Source: Octopus vulgaris (lineage: Eukaryota). From it: a DNA stretch of 64,000 nucleotides. The notes beneath the pieces are model-generated. The model saw only the letters and a list, made by a program, of their open reading frames with translations, searched no databases and was not told the origin of the DNA. Positions 55,400-64,000 of the stretch are shown one piece after another; the stretch's first letter is position 1; every line of letters starts with the position of its first letter. Where the stretch lies: positions 132,370,001 through 132,434,000 of the forward strand of contig OX597817.1 in the NCBI GenBank assembly GCA_951406725.2. The letters run 5' to 3'. The position numbers and the translations under genes were made by a program.

Positions 55400-55742
55400 T
55401 TAACTTGGGGCAGTGTCTTGAAGAATTTTATTCAAGCAAATCGATCCCGTACTTATTTTTTTAAAGCCTGGTACTTATTCTATCGGTCTCTTTTACCGAA
55501 CCGCTAAGATATTGGAACGTAAACATACAAACACCAGTTGTCGAGAGACAAACATGCGCACGCACGCACACACATATGTCGGGCTTCTTTCAGCTTCCAT
55601 TTACCTAATCCACTCACAAGGTTTTGGTCGGCTACAGGCTATAATGGAAGACACTTGTTCATGGTAAAACGCAGTGGGACTGAACCCGAAACGAAGTGGT
55701 TGGAAAACAAACTTCTTACCCCACAGCCACGCCGGTGCCTAA
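55400..55742 (-). mobile_element. SINE family A, diverged
   Basis: Homology to other copies in the window. Confidence 0.7.
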
Positions 55743-57224
55743 AAGTAAACCATCAATCTTTCTGCTAAATTTAATTCATAAGATTCGGTTGTCCGACACG
55801 ATAGCGCAAATCAGTTACCCAAGGTGCCACGTAGGAGAGCCGATCCGAAACAAACTAATTGTAAAGTGAACTTTCGAATTACACGACCGCGTGTGTGCCA
55901 TTCAGAGAAATATGGTGAGAAGAACTTCAAAAGATGATAGAGGGAAATAAGAATGATTTTAATTCATAAGGTGCACACAGAACAGAAAGAATCCAAACAA
56001 TAGCCTGGCTATTTACACTGAATACGTTTTCTTAGATTCGAACCTGAATATGCTGATTGTTGTTATTTTCTTCCTTCAAAGATCATCTCCTTTCTTTAGG
56101 CAAGGTGATCATGATGCAGGCGATTCATGGTTGCGCGTGGTGCGGAGGGGGTTTTGTGACACACTGGTGTTTCGACCTGATTGTGTGTTTCTTCTAGCGT
56201 GGATCAATGATTATACGGGCTCTTATTTAGAGAAAGCAGCAAACAGAATATTTTTCTGAGACATACTGATATCTGTCAAACTGATAATTCATAAGATGAA
56301 CATAGATCAAAACAGGTTCGAAATCCCACGGTATCTCAAAGTCCTCTTACATCCATGAACTGTGCGTGTAAACACGTATTATATAAAGACAGGAGATTAT
56401 TTTCCGATAACAAAAAACGACAATGGTCAGCATGTTCACGTTCGAATCAGCCTGAACGTATTGAGGAAAATGGGTGTTTAATTTTAAATTATGAATCAGA
56501 GTCAGAACATGAGAGAAGTCAAATAATTCAACCCAGAAATTTAAAATAATCTGAAAACAAAATAAGTACAAATATAGGGAGTTTATTAGGCCTGTAATTA
56601 AAATAAATGAAATGAAATTGTAATGGGCGCGGAATATATGTGGTAATAGAAAATCTAAAAGATTAGAAGCATAAATATAAATAATATCAACCTTGCTTGT
56701 GTGTTATAAATTTGAAGGGGTTTACCATTAAAAATTATTTTATTAAAGTAAAACATTTCGTCATATGCACATCAAGCCTGCTTGCTCTATATATCAGCAC
56801 TTCGTATGTTGTATGCTACTGTTTTTTAAAAAATTGCAAGGCGAAAGATCATAAAACTTGGCTACATAGATCAACAGAGAAACGTCTATAAAATTGGACT
56901 TTATTAGTCGAAATCATTTTAAATTATCACTTGATTATCATAGAGATTTTAAAATATTTCAGACGAAGTATTACTGTTGTTGTTCTGTTAATATGTTGTT
57001 GGGGGTCCAATAGATGCAATCACAATGTTGTAGCGGCGGTGGTGGTGGTGGTGGTGGTGGCCGCGGAGAAGGAGGAGGTGTCGTAGCAACAAACATTTCA
57101 ATCAGTGCTGTCATTTGGAATAAAATATTGTCTCAAACTTAAAATTCCATAAATTCAAATAAATGTCGAAATAAAAGCAGACGAAACAAAAACATTCACG
57201 AATCACACCATAAAAACCGAAAAG

Positions 57225-57225
57225 C

Positions 57226-57293
<68 letters not shown>

Positions 57294-57339
57294 AATAATA
57301 ATAATATAACAACAATAATAACAATGATATTAAAATGAT

Positions 57340-57386
<47 letters not shown>

Positions 57387-57396
57387 TAAAAATAAA

Positions 57397-57452
<56 letters not shown>

Positions 57453-57671
57453 TAATAATAATAATAAAAGTAACAAACACAACAACAAAAACGATAAAAA
57501 CAATAATTGTTTGTTTACTCATTAACTTTATTGCTGTAGCTGATGATGATGATGGCTATGATGATGGTAGTGGTTGTGGTGATGATTATGCTGATGGTGG
57601 AAGGCGTTGGTGGTGGATGTTGTGCTGCTGGTTGTTGTGGTGGGAATGTTGGTGGAAAAATAACGGTGATT

Positions 57672-57716
<45 letters not shown>

Positions 57717-57720
57717 ACGA
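57225..57720. repeat. (AAT)n followed by (GAT)n/(GGT)n microsatellites
   Basis: Visible. Confidence 0.9.
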
Positions 57721-58274
57721 TGCCGTTCTTTGTGTTTACTTTTAACGTTGTTATCGACGTAAATTTTCCTGTTGTGGTTTTTTTTTACTGTTGTTATTTA
57801 TATATTTCTTTAATCATTTTTCATTGTTTTTATTCGGGAATTTGATTAAAAATACATTTTTTCGCAGTTTAAACAATTTTTAATTTTATTACCAAAAATC
57901 CTTAATTGCATTTTTAATTAGTAACAAAAACAAAGAAATAAGGGAAAATAATGAATAATTTCACAATTTGTAGTCTTATTGAAGCAAGAAGAATCCACCA
58001 TTTTGTGCTTTCGTGTATTTCGCCTGACTGCAGCAGCCAATACCACACTAATATTGTAGAACATATTTAATTATAACAAATAACAGGGAATTAATATGGA
58101 AGAGGGAAACCAATAGCGGGGAGTCACACGATTTGAGAGAAATAGAACCAAAATTCCTCTCAATTCGTATCTTGCCTGTGACTAGCTTAAGAGTTCGGAA
58201 TTTTCTGTTGCCACCTCTCTCTCTCTCTCTCTCTCATGCTCTCTGTATATATGTATATATATATATTTATATAT

Positions 58275-58376
<102 letters not shown>

Positions 58377-58381
58377 CATAC

Positions 58382-60188
<1,807 letters not shown>

Positions 60189-60201
60189 AATGTACACATA
60201 T

Positions 60202-60321
<120 letters not shown>

Positions 60322-60419
60322 ATTATATATATACACACACACACACAAAGATAAATTGATAGATACAACTGAGTAGGCAAACAAAAATATGAGACACAGC
60401 GTAGTGCTTTTCTTATGTT

Positions 60420-60729
60420 GATAAGCCTGGTACTTATTCTATTAGTCTCTTCTTGTGAAACCAGTAAGTTATGGGAATGTAAATAAACGAACAGCAGTTG
60501 TGAAGCAGTGATGAGGGTGAAACACGGAAACAAAGTCACACACATACACTTAAATATATACATACATATATATACGATTGATTTCTTACAGTTTCTGTCT
60601 ACAAAATCCACCGACAAGGCTTTGGTTGGTCTGAGGCTATAGCAAAAGACACATGCCAAATCACCACACAGTGGGACTGACCTGAGGACCATGTGTTTTG
60701 GAACGAAGTTTGTTACCACACAGCCACAC

Positions 60730-60740
<11 letters not shown>
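60420..60740 (-). mobile_element. SINE family A, diverged
   Basis: Homology to other copies; its head is duplicated in inverted orientation at 60975-61030. Confidence 0.7.
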
Positions 60741-60772
<32 letters not shown>

Positions 60773-61051
60773 TATGGGTGTATATATGTATGCATGTATA
60801 TATGTGAATATATATGTGTACATATTACATGTACATCTATATAGCTATATATATATACATCTAAACATATACATGTATACATATACATCTATATGTATAG
60901 AATAAATGTATACATATACAGCTATACACACATACACACACACACACATACACATACATACACACACACATACATAGGTGCAGGTGTGACTGTGTGGTAA
61001 CAAACTTCGTTCCAAACACATGGTCCTGGGTTTAATTTTAAATTTGAAATA

Positions 61052-61453
61052 TAAAGGGTGAGAAATTGAATATTAATTTAATTAATATGATTTGAAAACC
61101 AGTGGTGTAACATATAAGACCATAGCGGATCTTCGTCTAGCAAAATGGATGTCTACTGTTAATGGTTTATCCCTCTTATATAATAGTTTGACTTTAATAG
61201 TTTCAGTATTAAAGTGAAAGTATCTGACATTACAATAGAGAGATGTTTTTGTTTCGCTTTTAGTGGAAAAGATATGATATTGTTGTGAGCTCGCCCTAGG
61301 CAAGAAGTTAGAAGTGTTTTTGCCTATGACACTACATGGACCCTAAGTAAGGCATGTGTAAAATTTGAATGAAATTGGTTGTGTAGTTCTCCGGTTTTAG
61401 GGATTCACACAGACAGGCAGACACACATTCTCAGTTTTATATATATAGATATA

Positions 61454-61526
<73 letters not shown>

Positions 61527-61992
61527 AAATAAAAATAAAAACGGAAGATACGCACACTTACATGGTTATAGTATAATTTATATATATATATATATCTATA
61601 TATATAAAACTGAGAATGTGTGTCTTCCTGTCTGTGTGAATCCCTAAAACCGGAGAACTACACAACCAATTTCATTCAAATTTTACACATGCCTTACTTA
61701 GGGTCCATGTAGTGTCATGGGCAAAAAAACTTCTAACTTCTTGCCTAGGGCGAGCTCACAACAATATCATATCTTTTCCACTAAAAGTGAAACAAAAACA
61801 TCTCTCTATTGTAATGTCAGTTACTTTCACTTTAATACTGAAACTATTAAAGTCAAACTATTATATAAGAGGGATGAACCATTAACAGTAGACATCCATT
61901 TTGCTAGACGAAGATCCGCTATGGTCTTATATGTTACACCACTGGTTTTCAAATCATATTAATCAAATTAATATTCAATTTCTCACCCTTTA
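61052..61992. repeat. ~400-bp near-identical inverted duplication around (TA)n; unit starts like a Helitron 5' end
   Basis: 61052-61450 is the reverse complement of 61594-61992; ATCTATATATATAAAACTGAGAATGTGTGTCT..AACCAATTTCATTCAAATTTTAC; third partial copy at 63390-63488. Confidence 0.85.
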
Positions 61993-62061
61993 TATATATA
62001 TATAAGTTACATTTTACTCGTTTCAGTTGTGCGGCTGCGGTCATATTCTGTATATGTACAT

Positions 62062-62347
62062 ATCACGTGATCACGTGACCGACCAGACCATCAGATGATG
62101 TTATACATCGCTGATCACAATGTTGTTTTAGCCTTCGAATGATGTCACCCCGCTGGCTAAGCGAGCAGACCAACAGAAGACAGAGTGGTGAAAGAGTACA
62201 GTAGGGATCACCACCCCCTGCCGGAGCATCGTGGAGCTTCTAGGTGTTTTCGCTCAATAAACACTCACAACGCCCGGTCTGGAAATCGAAACCGCGATCC
62301 TGCGACCGCGAGACCGCTGCCCTAATCACTGGGCCATTGCGCCTCCG
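62062..62347 (-). mobile_element. SINE family D
   Basis: Homologous to 20254-20561. Confidence 0.85.
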
Positions 62348-62354
62348 CATCTAC

Positions 62355-62427
<73 letters not shown>

Positions 62428-62503
62428 TGTGTGAGTGTATGTGTGTGTATGTATATACACACATATATATATACTTATATATATGTGTGTATGTGTATGT
62501 ATA

Positions 62504-62561
<58 letters not shown>

Positions 62562-62562
62562 T

Positions 62563-63378
62563 TGTGTACAGAACATCTCCAACGAGCGAAAAATATGTAA
62601 ACACATAACGAGAGACAAGTACGAGGCAAAACATCAAAAGTAGTCTAACTCCTCCTCAGTTGTCGAGTGTTCATTACTACCTGTTTCGGGTCTTCAACGA
62701 CAAGATAGGAAAACTTCATAAAACAGCAACATCCGGAAATTTTAAATATATAAAATTTGTGGAGATTTAGGGCTTCAAAGAAACAAACAATAACAGACTG
62801 TATGTACAGAGTAAACAATCGACGAAGACAAAGATTAAGGCCCGTTACGCCAATGCGAATTATTGTGGGTAACATCTGGGAGAAATTTTGAAAGGATATA
62901 GATTAAATAGAAGAGAAGAAAATAGTTGAAGGGGAAAATCTTGGGAGGCGAGAGAAATGACGTCCAGCTAAATGGACGTCTGGTTCAGAAAAAAACAGAG
63001 GCGAGAAAAAATGGCCTGTAGTCACGTGTGACCATCAGGCAGATGGGAAGGGGACAAGAGAGAGGATGAGTGACACAAACAAAGGGAGTGAGAAGAAGGG
63101 AGAAGGTACGAAAGATAGTAGGGAGTGGAAGAAAGATAGGGGACAGAGAAGGAAGGGGAGAAACGGAAAATAAAGAGTATTATAAAGGTATAGAGAATAA
63201 GAAAGAAAACGGAGTGTGAAGCAACAGAAATTATATATAAATGTAAAATCCTACCGCTGACACGGCTGCATGGCGTTCGATTATAAATAAATAAAAAATA
63301 CACATTAAGTACAGAACATCACCAAGGAGTGAAAAATACGTAAATACACGAAAGATAAGTACAGGACAAAATACCATA
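62563..63378 (-). mobile_element. Family Y element with diverged direct terminal repeats and pyrimidine-rich body
   Basis: GTACAGAACATC(T/A)CCAA..AG.GAAAAATA.GTAAA.AC at ~62566 and ~63309; organisation like family X. Confidence 0.6.
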
Positions 63379-63559
63379 TATATATATATACTTAGGGTCC
63401 CTGTAGTGTCATGGGCAAAAAACTTTTAACTTCTTACCTAGGGCGAGCTCACTACAATATCATATCTTTTCCACTAAAAATGAAACAATCGTCCGGCGGT
63501 TCATGATTCTGTCTTTGAAGTATCTTCATATAAACGTCTTTAATCATAAATTTACGTTT

Positions 63560-63910
63560 CCTACATATTCATTCGTTACCTGGCAAAAGAGACAGAATAA
63601 AAACCAGATTTATAAAAAAAAACCCCAAAAGCAAGTACTGCGATCAATTTAGTCATCTAAAAGTCTTGAAGACGGTACGCCAGCATGGCCACATTCCAGT
63701 GACTGAAACAGATGAAAGGTAAAAGAAAATATTTCACTGAAATAACCGATGGCTTTCGAAAGGTTTAAAATATCGTATGAAAGTAAAGGTACAGAGTAAA
63801 GGCGTAACTGTGTGGTAAGTAGTCTGCATCCCAACTACATGATTCCGGGTTCAGTTCAACTACATGCCACCTTGGATCGACCAAAACCTTGTGAGAGGAG
63901 AAACAAGACG
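63560..63910 (+). mobile_element. SINE family A fragments (tail 63560-63728, head 63800-63910)
   Basis: CCAGCATGGCCAC..GACTGAAACA tail and CTGTGTGGTAAG head. Confidence 0.55.
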
Positions 63911-64000
63911 TATGTATGTATGTACGTACGTCTCTTCTATTTTTTAATTATTATAAATCTTCCACTGAGGAGGGAGCCGGTTTCCAGCAAAGATACAAGG

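Overview
Eukaryotic, AT-rich, microsatellite-saturated intergenic or intronic DNA with no credible host protein-coding gene. Nearly all listed ORFs are translations of (TA)n/(CA)n/(TATC)n/(AAT)n repeats. The repeat spectrum suggests a cephalopod, probably Octopus (inference from recalled repeat families, not verified). Ordinary content: a decayed CR1-group LINE (15.8-18.65 kb; CCCH zinc finger, APE endonuclease, RT), other LINE 3' ends, many copies of four tRNA-derived SINE families, Helitron-type elements, Tc1/pogo remnants and a U2 snRNA fragment. The signal not explained by these is a set of short non-coding elements, mostly embedded in (TA)n tracts. They are built from inverted and partial tandem terminal repeats and carry minimal type I hammerhead ribozyme (HHR) motifs with short or palindromic stem III. 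At least seven sequence-distinct families are present. This architecture matches Penelope-like element pseudo-LTRs and retrozymes. One copy (45444-45994) has a tRNA-derived Pol III head and a 10-bp target-site duplication, i.e. a candidate Penelope-mobilised ribozyme SINE. All folds were done by eye and boundaries are approximate.
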